Part shown: one piece after another, positions 48,561 through 62,748 of the stretch | Layout: every line of letters starts with the position of its first letter | How positions within the stretch are numbered: position 1 is the first letter of the stretch | Assembly: GCF_963921235.1 (NCBI RefSeq) | Contig: NC_086100.1 | Coordinates: 199,022,001 to 199,086,000, forward strand | Length of the DNA stretch: 64,000 bases | Direction: 5' to 3' | From: Mobula hypostoma | Lineage: Eukaryota | Translations under genes and position numbers: made by a program | The notes under the pieces: generated by a model | Told to the model about the DNA's origin: nothing | Database searches by the model: none | The model's input: the letters and a program-made list of their open reading frames with translations, nothing else

Positions 48561-49961
48561 ACAGATCAAGTTCCGGTTCCATTTATTGTCATTCAACTGT
48601 ACACATTATACCACCAAACGAAACAACATTCCTCCGGATCAAGGTGCACAGCACAGTACATATAACTCACACACAACACATAAAGTAATATCACCAGAAA
48701 TAATTTAACAAATAATAAGGTGTATTTATGACAAAAGTTAAAGTAAACAGTATAATGCTACTGGTGCTTCATATGTGATAACCCTTGGGTGGTGGCAGGG
48801 AGGTCAGTAGCATCACTGCCTGGGGGAGGAAGTTGATTCCCTCACAACTCTTGTCCCAGTGCTGTGGTACGTCCTGCCTGATGGTAGGGGGTTAAAGAGA
48901 TTGTTGGATGGATAGGACAGATCTTTGACAATGCTAAAGGCCCTGCATACGCAGCACTCCTGATAAATATCTCCAATGGGTGGATGACACCCTGAAGTGG
49001 GACACTGCTATGGCTTCCTGATTAAGGAGGAGGTGTTGAGGGACCAGGTGAGGTCATCCATTACGTGCACTCCCAAAAACCTGGTGCTCCTAATTCTCTC
49101 CACGGAGGAACTGTGTGTGTTCAGGGAGGAGTGGTCAGCCTGCACCTTCCTACAGTCCACAATCATCTCCATGGTCTTGTCCACGTTGAGACCCAAGTTG
49201 CTGTGCTCGCACCGTTCTACCAGCTGCTCTACTTCCTCTCTGTACTCTGTTCAAACATTAACATGAAAACAGAATTGACTTTTGAAAAGCTGAAATGAGC
49301 CCTGGAATGTGGATAGATAACAGAGGAGTGGGCAGGTTCTGAACCCAACAGATTATTGCATGCTTAGTAATCAGTCAGACAAGTGTGCTGGTATTCATGT
49401 GATGGATCAGGCTGATACAAAGAATGTCTTTCATCTTGTTTAACAAAGTGAGAACATTTATTCAGCCTGTTGGTTTTGCCTGATAAAGGCTCATGTTTTA
49501 ATTGGTTGTGTGATGGGTAAACACAACAGTGATGGCGTGCAGACAAGTTCTTCGGGAGCACTCACCCCATACCCATACCTCTTCTCCCCATCCCTCACTC
49601 TACCCCTACCCAATACCTGTTGGGGTGGTGTTGTCTTCCTGACAACTGCTTTGGATCAACTGCACTGCCAAGACCATCATTAAAGTTCCTCACCCTCATG
49701 AACATCCCATCCTCTCATCACTACCATCAGGGAGGAGATAAAACCATACGACCATAAGACACAGGAGCAGAATTAGGCCATTCAGCCCATCGAGTCTGCT
49801 CCAGCATTCCACCATGGCTGATCCTGGATCCCAGTCAACCCCATACACCCGCCTTCTTGCCATATCCTTTGATGCCCTGACCGATCAGGAACGTTCAACT
49901 TTCACCTTAGATATACCCATGGACTTGCCCTCCACCGCAGTCTGTGGCAGAGCATTTCACC

Positions 49962-52232
49962 TGAAACACTCCGATTTCCTTGGCTCCACCCCCATCAAAC
50001 TCGTGAGATTGAGGTGCACTGGATCGCACCCCAAACCTCGGTTTATGTGGGTGCTGTGTCATTTGCTAATCTGTTACAAATTAATGCCACAAAATAACAG
50101 ACAGCACACTGTATATAATTAAAGGAATTATATTTATGAATCTTAAATGAAGGGTTAGTAAAGAATAACAAAAAGAAAAGGACCCTTTCTAACTGAACAC
50201 TCACACGCCGGGTCCAAGAAAAACCTCCCGCTAATTGGATGGCACAAGTTCCACATCATCCCTTATCTTCAACAATAACCCAAACAGGCTGAAAGCAGAA
50301 CAAACAGCTCTTACAGAGCGGCTAAATGAAATACCCACAGCATAACAGTAAAAAAATATGAACCAGGGCATTACACTCTTCCCCCACCAAAATAGTCATG
50401 TCCTCATGACCTCGAAATAATTTGTCACCTCATCTTAATACCACTGCTTTCAAAGGAATTTTGTGATGCTGGCACCTCCAATCCTTCATTCTCCAGATCC
50501 GGAAAACTGGTGCATTTGACACAAAATACTCTGCAGATCTGACATCTGACTCTCCACTACACAGGGCGGAGCCACCCAGCAGTCAACCAACTTATGCTTC
50601 CCTGGTAGCCCCAAATTCTTTATGAGGATTCTGTCTCCAGGCGTGAGTTGAGAGGACCTAACTTTTTGATGATACCTCCTCGTTTCCTTGATTCTGCTTG
50701 GCAGCTGAAACCTCAGCTAATTCATAAGCCTTTTTTTCAGCTGCCTTCTCATATCAGACACATACTTCAGATAAGTCTTCTCTTTATCAGCCTCACAAAT
50801 AGGAATCTGGTAATCCCCACACCTCAAGTCCAGCACACTGAACCACGTCGCACCATTCAGGCAGGCCAGCACGTCCTCGATTCTTGGGACTGTGTGCCTA
50901 TTCAGAGTCCGATAGTCCACAATCATCTGTACCTTGTCATTCTTCTTCCTGGCCACTACTACTGGAGACGTATTAGGGCTTCTGGACTCAGTGATGATCC
51001 CAGCTTCCTTCAGCTTCCGCAGATGCTGCCAAACATCCTGCACCTCTGCAGGTGCCAGTCACGGCGATCTTTCTCTGAGCGGGATGTCCTCTGTCACCCA
51101 GATGGCATGGTGAATGCTCTTGGAACAAACCACATCAAACTTGTCAGTAGAAAAGACATCTTCCAGCTTCAACATTTTCTCTATCAACCTCTTCTTCCAA
51201 CCTTCAGATACCTGGGAGTCCCCAAAGTTGAATGATTCAGCAGTCATCTTTCCTCTTTTTAGAGAGTTTCTCCCCAGCGTGTCTCACAGGGACACTAGTC
51301 ATTACCGTCACTGGGAAGAGGTGTTCCATTGGCATCCCCCGCTGAGGGTGACCTCTTGCTCCGAAGTGTTCCTGACACTCGCTGTCATCCTGTTCACCTG
51401 TGCAACCGAGGGCTTCTGCAGTTCAGGCCTCACCAGTACCGCAGCAGGTAAGCCTGACTCCTCTTCGTGGTCTTTCGGAGCATCCACCGAGGGGGCCTCA
51501 GCCTCAGGCATTCCTGGAAATTTGGGATTTTCATCTCTCTCACTACTTATCCAGGCCGTAACGCGACTGGTTTTGACTGGGTGAACCACATAGTCTCTCG
51601 TTTATGCTTATCATCCAGCCCAGTGGGGCCACGCACTCCCTCAGAAGCAGCTCGGAACACAGCATGAATGGACAATGTTTTCAGAAAGCTGTCTTCAACT
51701 TTCTCGTTGCAGGCTCCCACTAGCCTCCTCACAATAGGAGTATTCGTCCCCAGGAGAATTGAAGCTTCATCCCTCTAGACATACATAAATCTTAACTGAA
51801 GGGTTAGTAAAGGATATCAAAAAGAAGAGGGCCCATTCCAATTAAACAGTCAAATGTGCACAAGTTGGAGCTCACCTTGAACTTCTCTGTCACTTACATG
51901 CTGGGCCCTCGGTCAACGTGAAAGAACACAACACCGTTTGAACGTCGCTCGCAATCCATCCCAGACAAACGGGTCTCCCACTGGATCGTATGCCACGACC
52001 GGTTCTCCCCAGCGTCTTCTCTCTTCATCTCCTCTTGAACAAAAACCCAAGACCAACCTTACTGTCCCTCATCAAGAAAACCTTCCTGCTAATTGGGGGC
52101 ACACATTCCACATCATCCTCATCTTCAACAATAACCCAAACAGGCTGAAAGCAGAACATACTGCTCTTACAGAGCTGCACAAAATGAAATACATACAGCA
52201 TAACAGTAAAAAATAGGAACCAGGGCATTACA
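49962..52232 (-). mobile_element. Internally deleted Gypsy LTR retrotransposon with RT fragment, inserted in a CR1
   Basis: Two LTR copies starting TGTAATGCCCTGG (from 52232 and 50375), PPT at 50376-50389, RT peptide GIITESRSP..SPVVVARKK..VDYRTLN..PRIEDVL..FSVLDL, near-TSD cacc/caca. The host CR1 rejoins across the insertion. Confidence 0.85.
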
Positions 52233-54290
52233 CACAGATTCACTACTCTCTGGCTAAAAAATTCCGCCTTACCTCCATTCTAAAAGATTGCCCCCCAATT
52301 TTGAGGCTGTGCCCTCTAGTTCTGGATACATAGTAATCATCCTCTCCAGATTTACCTTATTTAGCCCTTTCAACATTCAGTAGGTTTTAAAGAGATCATG
52401 CATTCTCCTAAATTCCAGTGAGTACAGGCCCAAAACTGCCAAAAACTTCTCGTATGTTAACCCCTTCATTCCTGGAATCATCCTCGTGAACCTCCTCTGG
52501 ACTCTCTCCAATGACAACACATTCTTTCTGAGAAATGGAGCCCAAAACTGTCGACAATACTCTGTGTGGCCAGACTAGTGTCTTATAAAGGCTCAGCATT
52601 ATCTCCTTGCTTTTATATTCTATTCCCCTTGAAATAAATGCCAACATTGCATTTGCCTTCTTTACCACAGACTGAACCTGTAAATTAACCTTCTGGGAGT
52701 CTTGCACGAGGACTCCTAAGTCCCTCTGCACCTCTGATGTTTGAACCTTCTCCCCATTTAGATAATAGTCTGCAATGTTGTTCCCTTCTACAAAAATGCA
52801 TTAACATACATCTCCTAACACTCTATTCCATTTGCCACTTTTTTGCTTTCTGCTAATGTGTCTAAGTCCTGCTACAATCCCATTGCTTCCTCAGCACTAC
52901 CTACCCTTCCACCTATCTTTCTATCATCCGCAAACTTTGCCACAAAGCCAACAATTCCATTATCCAAATCTTTGACAAACAATGTAAAAAGTAGTGATAC
53001 ACACAAAATTCTGGAGGAACTCAGCAGGCCAGGCAGCATCTATGGAAAACGTTAACTGTATGGAAAACGTTAACTGTACTTTTCTCTATCAATTTCCCTA
53101 TCACTGAGGTTAGGCTAACTGGCCTGTAATTTCCTTCCTCCTTTCTTAAAGAGTGGAGTGACATTTGTAATTTTCCATTCCTCAGGGACCATGCCAGAAT
53201 CAAGTGAGTCTTGAAAGATCATGACCAATGCATCCATTAGCTCTCCAGCATCTCTCTCAAGACTCTGGATGTAGTCCATCTGGTCCAGGTGACTTATCCA
53301 TCTTAAGATCTTTGAGCTTGCCTAACACTTTTTCGTTTGTAATAGCAATGACACTCACGGACCTCTGCTACACTGCTAGTGCCTTCTACAGTGAAGACCG
53401 ATGCAAAGTACCCATTAAGTTTTGTCTGCCATTTGTTTGTTCCCCATTGCTACTTCACCAGCATCATTTTCCAGTGGTCCAATATCAACTCTCACCTCCC
53501 TTTTACTCTTTATATAATTGAAAAAAACTTTTAATATCCTGCTTTATATTATTGGCTAGTTTGCCCTCATATTTCATCTTTTCCCTTCTTATAACTTTAG
53601 TTGCCTTTTGTTGGATTTTAAAAACTCGATTATCCAACTTCCCACTCACTTTTGCTACCTTATATGCCCTTTCCTTGGCTTCTGTGAGACCTTAACTTCC
53701 CTTGACAAACACAGTTGCCTGTCCTGCTTTTTGAGAACAACTTCTTCTGTGAGACATATCTATCCTGCACCTTGTAAACTATTCCCAGAAACTTCAGCCA
53801 TCTCTGCTCTGCTGCCATCCTCACCAGTATCCTCCTCCAATCCACCTGGGCAAGTTCCTCTCTCATGCCTCTTTAATTCCCTTTATTCCATTGTGATACT
53901 GATACATGTGACTTCTGCTTCTCCCTCTCAAATTGCAGTATGAATTCAATCATATTATGATCACTGCCTCCTAAGCATACCTTTACATTAAGCTGCCTAA
54001 TAAGATCTAGGTTATCACACAGCACCCAATGTAAGATGGCCTTTCCCCGAGTAGGCTCAAGCACAGGCTGCTCTAAAAACCAATCTCGTAGACATTCAAC
54101 AAATTCCCTGTCTTGCAATCCGACACCAACCTGATTTTCCCAATTGCCTTGTATATTGAAGTCTCCCATTACAATTATGTCATTACCCTTATTACATGCC
54201 TTTTCCATTTCCCTTTTCAATCTCAACCCACATCTTGGCTACTACTTGGAGGCCTGTATATCAATACCACAGTTTTTTTTTTACCCTTAC
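52233..54290 (-). mobile_element. CR1 LINE ORF2 remnant (3' end continues at about 49740-49960)
   Basis: IVMGDFN, LEQPVLEPTRGKAILHWVL, GSDHNMIEF, NYRPVSLTSV, QRDLGVLV. Confidence 0.88.
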
Positions 54291-54919
54291 AGTTTCAGAT
54301 ATAGGATTCTGAAGAAATAGATAAATATTAGCTTTATTTGTCACATGTAAATTGAAACATACAACAAATTGAGCTATTTGCATTAAATCAAATCAACAAG
54401 GATTGTGCTGGGCAGTTCCGGTGCCAATATATCATGCCAGTTACTGACTAAGCCTAACTGGAACATCTTTGGAACGAGGGAGGAAACCAGAACACCTGGA
54501 GAAAACCCACATGGTCATGGGGGAAAAGTACAAACTACTTGCAGACAGCAGTGGGAATTGAACGCCAATTGGTGATCATTGGTGCTGTTAATCGATGAGC
54601 TAATCATTAATCTATGTTACCACGCTGCCCTTACTCAACATTTCAGGGAGAGCCATCCCCCCGCCAGCAAATTTCTGAATGGTCCATGTTTACTACCTCA
54701 TTATTCATATTTAGCATTATTTATTTTTGTAAATTGTAGTAATTTTTGCATTTGCACAGTACTGCAGCTGCAAATCAACAAATTTTAATGACAGGTCAAC
54801 GATGATAAATCTGATTATGACCACGAAAGGTCAATCCCCTCATCTGCTGCTGAAGTGTTCACTTCTCCCTTTGCTCAAGTTTTTCTGCCCCCTATTCTCC
54901 ATCCACTTCACAATGACAC

Positions 54920-55275
54920 TCCACCATCATCATTATTATTTTGTGCCATGTTGTATGACGTCAGTGACCATGATTGCTCTTGGCAAATTTTTCTATAGAA
55001 GTGGTTTGCCATTGCCTTCTCCTGGGCAGTGTTTTTAGAAGACAGGTGACCCCAGCCATTATCAAAACTCTTTAGAGATTACCTGCCTGGTATCAGAGGT
55101 TGCAAAACCAGCTGCTCATATGACCATCCACCACCTGATCCTGTGGGTTCACGTGCCCCTGATCGGAGAGGCTAAGCAGGTGCTACACCTTGCCTGAAGA
55201 TGACCTTTAGGCTAGCGGAGGGAAGGAGCACCTCACACTTCCTTTAGTAGGGACATATCTCCACCCTGCCACCCC
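54920..55275 (-). mobile_element. SINE-like element with an RTE/BovB-type 3' tail
   Basis: Minus strand ggagaaggcaatggcaaaccacttc...ttgccaaga..atcatgg resembles the Bov-A/BovB 3' end, followed by a (taa/tga)n tail. Confidence 0.6.
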
Positions 55276-57197
55276 AGTGCTTCTGATTCTAGCCATTAAA
55301 TTAACTACAGACTCAGAAAAGTAGAACACAGGAACAGACCCATCATGTTTATGCTGACTGTCCACCACGATACCAAATTAAAATAATCACGTCTGCCTTC
55401 ACACAATGCATATGCCTCTATTCAGGATTGAAGATTGTTTAATGAATTGAATTGACTGTATTTCTTACAGCTTTCGCATACATGAGTAAAAATCTTTATG
55501 TTACGTCTCCGTCTAAATGTGCAATAGTAATTTATAATAAGTAGAACAGTCAATGTGACAGAGAAATGTACTCAAATCAGGGTGAGTTCATCAGTCTGGT
55601 GGTCTGGTGGAAGAAGCTGTCCTGGAGCCTGTTGGTCCTGGTTTTTATACTGCGGTACCATTTCCCGGATGGTAGCAGCTGGAACAGTTTGTGGTTGGGG
55701 TGACTCGAGTCCCCTATGATCCTTCGGACCCTTTTCTCACACCTGTCTTTGTAAATGTCCTGAATCATGGGAAGTTCACATCTACAGATGCACTGGGCTG
55801 TCTGCACCACTCTCTGCAGAGTCCTGCGATTGAGGGAAGTACAGTTCCCATACCAGGCAAAGATGCAGCCAGTCAGGATGCTCTCAACTGTGCCCCTGTA
55901 AAAAGTTCTTAGGATTTGGGGGCTCATACCAAACTTGCTCAACTGTCTGAGGTGAAAGAGGCGCTGTTGTGCCTTTTAAACCACACAGCTGGAGTGTACA
56001 GACCATGTGAGGTCCTTGGTGATGTGGATGCCGAAGATCTTAAAGCTTAAGGCCATTTCCAGTACACAGGTGTAAAGGAGAACAAAATAATTGTTCCTCT
56101 GGATCCAATCTTAAAAAACAGTAAGTATAAGTTCATAAGTTAAAGTAAATTTATTATCGAAGTACGCATATGTCACCATATGAAACCCTGAGATTCATTT
56201 CCTTAGGGGGATGCTCAATAAATTCATGATCAAATAATAACCATAATAGAATCAATTGAAGACTGCAACAACTTGGGTGATCCACCAGTGTGCAAAAGAA
56301 AACAAACTGCAAATACAAAAGGAACGAAATACTAATAATAAATAAATTGGCATTAAATATCAAGAATATCAGAATCAGGTTTATTTATCACCAGCATGAG
56401 ATGTGAAATATGAGATGAAGAGTCCTTGAAAGTCCATTGTTGTGGGAACAGTTCTTTGTTGTCCTAATCTCTGGAACCTTGTTTGTAGCCTCTGCCTGGG
56501 TGCAGGTAGGAGGAGAACAGCCAGCTGGTCAGATTTACTGAAACAAGGTATGGGCATGGAAGAGCAGGAATTCCTTATCTTGGTGTAACAGTGATCTAGT
56601 GCATTGGGACTGCTGGTGCTACAGGTTATGTGCTGATTGCAAGTGGGTAGTGTTTTTCTTCAAACAAGCCGGGTTGGAGTCCCTGACTATGCTGTGAAAT
56701 GCATCGAGATGGACTGTTTTGTGTTTAGAGACGGCGTCATGCAGTCTCTGGAGTGCTGGATTGTAGTCGGTCGCTGGTGGTATGTACTCTGTGGACATAT
56801 GATTGAGGAGAACTCTCTTGGTAAATAGAATGGACGGCATTTGACCATTAGGTCTTCAAGGTCAGGGAATACAAGTTTAACAAAACTACTACATCAGAGA
56901 ATCACCAACAGGTAGTTTATACAGTACACAAATTGACTGTATGTCCATAATGTGACACTTGACACTGGAGTGTCTGTACGTAAGGAGACTCTGATAGGAA
57001 ATGATAAAGTAGTGATGGTTGGGTGTGGAGGGGTGCGTCAGTGGGTGGAGATGCTGATCAGCCTTACTGCTTGGGGAAAATAACTGTTTTTGAGTCTGCT
57101 ACTTAGCCTCCTCCCTAATGAGAGTGGGACAAACAGTCCATGAGCAGGGTGGGTGATCCTTTCTGACGTTACTGGCACTTTTTCCGGCACCGTTCCA

Positions 57198-60100
57198 TAA
57201 TCCATAAGACTGCAAGGTAGAGGAACAGAATTAGGCCATTCATCCCATCGAGTCTGCTCCACCATTTCATCATGGCTGATCCACCTCAGTCCCAGTCTCT
57301 TGCCTTCTCCCTGTATCACTTCCCACGCTGACTAATCAAGAATCTATCAACCTCTCTGCTTAAATATACATAAAGTCTTGGCATCCACAGCTGCCTGTGG
57401 CAAAGAGTTCCACAGATTCATCACTCTCTGGATAACAAAATTCCTCCTCATCTCCTTTCTAAAAGGACGCCCCTCTATTCTGAGGCTGTGTCCTCTGGTC
57501 TTAGACTTTCCCACCATAGGGAACATCCTCTCCACATCCACTCTATCAAGGCCTTTCACCATTCGATAGGTTTCAATGAGGTCATCCCTTATTCTTCTGA
57601 ATTCTAGTGAATACTGGCCCAGTCATCAAAAGTTTTTCATATGACAAGCCATTCAATACTGGAATCATTTTTGTGAACATAGAAAATCTACAGCACAATA
57701 CAGGCCCCTCGGCCCACAAAGCTGTGCCGAACATGCCCTTACCTTAGAAATTACCTAGGGTTACTCACAGCCCTCTATTTTTCTGAGCTCCATGTACCTG
57801 TCCAAAAGTCTCTTAAAAGACCCTATCATATCCGCCTCCACCACCATCGCTGGCAGTCCATTCCATGCACTCACCACTCTCTGCGTAAAAAACTTTCCCC
57901 TGACATTTGCCGACGATACAAAGATAGGTGGAGGAGCGGGTAGTGTTGAGGAAACAGAGAGCCTGCAGAGAGGCCTAGATAATTTAGGAGAATGGGCAAA
58001 GAAGTGGCAAATGAAATACAATGTTGGAAAGTGTACGGTCATGCACTTTGCTGGAAGAAATAAACGGGCAGACAATTAGTTAGATGGGGAGAGAATTCAA
58101 AATGCAGAGATGCAACGGGACTTGGGAGTCCTTGTGCAGGATACCCTAAAGGTTAACTTGCAGGTTGAGTTGGTTGTGAAGAAGGTGAATGCAATGTTGG
58201 CATTCATTTCTAGAAGTATAGAATATAAGAGCCCGGATGTGATGTTGAAGCTCTATAAGGCACTCGTGAGACCACACTTGGAGTATTGTGTGCAGTTTTG
58301 GGCTCCTTATTTTAGAAAGGATATACTGACATTGGAGAGGGTTCAGAGAAGATTCGGGAGAATGATTCCAGGAATGAGAGGGTTACCATATGACGAACGT
58401 CTGGCAGTTCTTGGGCCGTATTCCCTGGAGCTCAGGAGAATGGCGGGGGGGGGGGGGTGGAATCTCATAGAAACATTCTGTTAAAAGGCCTGAACAGATT
58501 AGATATGGCAAAGTTATTTCCCATGGTAGGGGATTCTAGGACAAGAGGGTACAACTTCAGGATTGAAGGATGTCCCTTTAGAACGGAGATGAGGAGAAAT
58601 TACTTTAGTCAGAGGGTGGTAAATCTGTGGAATTTGTTGCCATGAGCGGCTGTGGAGGCCAAGTCATTGGATGTATTTAACACAGAGATAGATAGGTTCT
58701 TGATTAGCCAGGGCATCAAAGGGTATAGGGTGAAAGCAGGGGAGTGTGGATAACTGGATCAGCCCATGTTTGAATGGCAGAGCAGACTCAAAGGGCCGAA
58801 TGGCCTACTCCTGCTCCTATATCTTATGGTCTTATCTCCTCTGTACCTACTTCCAAGCACCTTAAACCTGTGCCCACTTGTGCTAGCCATTTCAGCCCTG
58901 GGAAAAAGCCTCTGACTATCCACATGATCAATGCCTCTCATTATCTTACACACTTCTATCAGGTTACCTCTTGTCCTCGGCCGCTCCAAGGAAAAAAGGC
59001 CGAGTTCACTCAACCTTTTCTCATAAGGCATGCTCTCCAAACCAGGCAACATCCTTGTAAATCCCCTTTGCACCTTTTCTATGGACTCCACATCCTTCCT
59101 ATAGTGAGATGACCAGAACTGAGCACAGTACTCCAAGTGGGGTCTGACCAGGGTCCCGTATAGCTGCAACAGTACCTCTCGGCTCCTAAATTCAATCCCA
59201 TGATTGATGAAGGCCTATGCACTGTATGCTTTCTTAACCACAGAGTCAACCTGCGCAGCAATTTTGAGTGTCCTATGGACTCGGACCCCAAGATCCCTCT
59301 GAACCTCCACACTGCCAAGAGTCTTAACATTAATACTATATTCTGTCATCATATTTGACCAACCAAAATGAACTACCTCACATTTATCTGGTTGAACTCC
59401 ATCTGCCACTTCTCTGCCCAGTTTTGCATCCTATCAATGTCCCGCTGTAACCTCTGACAGCCCTCCACACTATCCACAACACACCCAACCTTTGTGTCAT
59501 CAGCAAATTTACTAACCCAATCCTCCACTTCCTCATCCAGGTCATTGATAAAAATCACGAAGAGTAAGGATCACAGAACAGATCCTGAGGCACACCACTG
59601 GTCACCAACCTCCATGCAGAATATGACCCATCTACAACCTTTGAACCCTTTCCAATTTCAGCACATCCTTTCTAAGATAAGGGGGCCAAACCTGCTCACA
59701 ATACCAAGTGAGGTCTTACCACTGCTTTATAAACTTTCAACATTACAAACTTGTTTTTATATTCTAGTCCTCTTGAATGCTAACATTTCATTTGCCTTCC
59801 CCACCACTGACTCAACCTGCAAATTGACCCTCCAGGAATCCTGCACAAGGACTCCCAAATCCCTTTGCATCTCAGTTTTTTGTATTTTTTTTTCCATTTA
59901 GAAAATAGTCACCAAAAGGTGCATGACCATACACTTCCTGACACTGTATCCCATCTATTTATTTGCCCATTCTCCTAATCTGTCTAAATCCTTCTGTAGC
60001 CTCTCTACTTCCTCCAAACTACCTGCCTCTCCACCCTATTTTCATATTGTCGGCAAACTTTGCAGCAAAGCCAACAATTCCACCATCCAAATCATTGACA

Positions 60101-60925
60101 CATATTGTAAAAAGAATTGGTCCCAACACAGACCCCTGTGGAACACCACTAGTCTCCGGCAGTCAGTCAGAAAAGGCTCCCTTTATTCCCATTTTTTGCC
60201 TTCTGCCAATCAGCCACTCCTTATCCATGCTAGAATCTTTCCTGTAATACCATGGGCTCATAGCTTGTTAAGCAGCCTCATAGAAAACATAGAAAATAGG
60301 TGCAGGAGTAGGCCATTCGGCCCTTTGAGCCTGCACTGCCATTCAGTATGATCATTGCTGATCATTCAACTCAGAACCCTGTACCAGCCTTCCCTCCATA
60401 CCCCCGATCCCTTTAGCCACAAGGGCCATATCTAACTCCCTCTTAAATATAGCCAATGAACTGGCCTCAACTGTTTCCTGTGGCAGAGAATTCCACAGAT
60501 TCACCACTCTCTGTGTGAAGAAGTTTTTCCTAATCTCGGTCCTAAAAGGCTTCCCCTTTATCTTCATGTGTGGCACCTTGTCAAAGGCCTTCTGAAAATC
60601 CAAGTACACAACATCAACCGATTCTCCTTTGTCTATCTTGCTTGTTACTTCTTCAAAGAATTCCAAAAGATTTGTCAGGCATAATCTTTCCTCGAGGAAA
60701 CCATGATGACTATGGCCTATTCTATCATGTGCCTCCAAGTACCCTGAGACCTCATCCTTAATAATTGTCTCCAACATTTTCCCAACCACTGAGGTCAGAC
60801 CAACTGGCCTATAGTTTCCTTTCTTTTGCCTCTCTCCCTTCTTGAAGAGTGGAGTGATATTTGCATTTTTCCAGTCTTACGGAACCATTCCAGAATCTTG
60901 TGATTCTTGAAAGATCATTACTTTC
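57198..60925. mobile_element. Multi-level CR1 nest: minus host; minus insert about 57678-59640; plus insert about 57906-58833; minus 3' piece about 60280-60565
   Basis: FADDTK, QRDLG, LVRPHLEYC and FTQRVV peptides on both strands. Host sequences rejoin across the insertion points (cccctgacat|...|atctcctctgtacc). Confidence 0.88.
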
Positions 60926-62049
60926 TGTATATATGCCCTTGATGGTGGGAAGGCTGGTGCTGGTGATGCATTCCATGTCTGTTTTTGTATTTGTCTATAA
61001 CCGTCTTGAATACCACCATTGTATCTGCTTTCACCACCTCCCATGACAGCCTCTTCCTCAGACCCTACTCTATGAAAAACAAAACTTACCCTGCACACCC
61101 TCTTTATTATTGACTTGATAAAATGCTGGAATTGTTCAGCAGGTCAGTCAGCATCTGTTGAAAGAGAGATGAGTTCATGATACAGCTGAATAACCTGGTT
61201 TGAAAGTATTGACCTTCTTCCTGCTTTTCTCGTTTTCCATTTCTGAGTCAGGTCAGGTTGAGCTTATCATCAATGCAGTATTTGTGCTCTTGAACCATCT
61301 GCATGACCTGATATTTTTTCAGAACCATGAAGGATTTGGTGAACTGGACTCTCGAGAATGCGGGTATAGCTGCAGCAGCCATTGCTGGTGCAGACTTGGG
61401 GCTGGATCGAAACCGGGCCAGATTGAACTAGCGGTACTTGGACCCAGGACCAAAAGCTGAACTGATGGTTAGCTGATTTGAGCACCAAGCCAGATTTAGA
61501 AGATTAAGGCATTGAGGCCAAAGGTAAAGGACGAACTGGTGTTCAGCTCACTACTCTGCTGTGGGCACCATGGTAGTGCGACACTATTGCAACTCGGGGT
61601 GTTGGAGTTCGGAGTTCAATCCCAGCGCCCTCTGTAAGGAGCCTCTGTATGTCCTCCATTTGGACTGCATCAGTTTCCCCCTGGGTACAGTACTCCAGCT
61701 TCCTCTCACGGTCTGGAGACGTACCTGGTAGGTTAATTGGTCATTTTTAACTTGTTCCGTGATTGGGCTAGGGTTAAATTGGTGGGGGGGGGGTGGTTGC
61801 CGAGCAGCACAGATCAAAAGGCTGGAAGGGCCAACTCCATGCTGTATCTCAATAAATAAAAATTTTATCAAAGAACGTATATGTCATCTACAACATTGAA
61901 ATTAACTTTCTTGTGGGCAGAGTCAGTAAATCCAAGCAACACAATAGAATCAGTGAAAGACTGAACCCAACAGGATGGACAACCAATGTGAAAAGGCAAC
62001 AAATTTTGCAAATACGAAAGAAAGAATAATAATAAATAAATAAGCACGC

Positions 62050-62748
62050 CTCCTGGAGGGGAGGAGAAGATGGCGGCGCAACGCAGCGCGCGCAGCCCCT
62101 CTGGAATGATATCTGTATTTGTTAAGTAGGTACCGTGCACAATCCTGATTCGATGGAGACTGACGTGAGAAGCACAGAGGAACATCTGGAGAAACTTCTG
62201 AAATGCCCGCTTCGCTGCCGCTGCTACTGTGCGATTGAGAATCTCTGGAGGGGAAGGCCCCAAATCCTCGGCTTTGCCTATTGCCTGTTGCCAGGGCCAG
62301 GGTCGAAGCGCTCGGTAGAGATGGTGCTCGGCTCTTGGTGTCGGAGGGCTTGTTGGAGGCTCGAAGTTTTCGGACGGACTCAGGAGTCGGCCGTGGTCGG
62401 GTGCTTCCAGGGTGCTGCATCGGTAAGTTTGCGGCGCTGGAGGTTCATGGCAGGGAGAGTTTTTCTTCCTTCTACCGTCTGCGTGAGATGATGGGTCTTT
62501 TGAGAGACTTTGAGACTTTTTTTTACCGTCCCCATGGTCTGTTCTTTATCAAATTACAGTATTGCTTTGCACTGTTCTACAAACGTAACTATATGTTATA
62601 ATTATGTGGTTTTTGTCAGGTTTTCAGTCTTGGTCTGTCTTGTGTTTCTGTGATATCATACTGGAGGAACATTGTATCATTTCTTAATGCATGCATTACT
62701 AAATGACAATAAAAGAGGACTGTGTGTCCTCATAATCTAATCTAATCT
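62050..62748 (+). mobile_element. CpG-rich ~700-bp non-autonomous retroposon
   Basis: Begins with YY1-like AAGATGGCGGC, ends with aataaa and a (taatc)n tail, and interrupts a minus-strand Rex1-type tail. Confidence 0.6.

Noticed and set aside
50648..51235. 195-aa plus-strand ORF
   Set aside because: It is the antisense shadow of the Gypsy pol fragment.
53041..53077. 18-bp tandem duplication tatggaaaacgttaactg
   Set aside because: A local duplication at a Penelope/CR1 junction with no sign of function.
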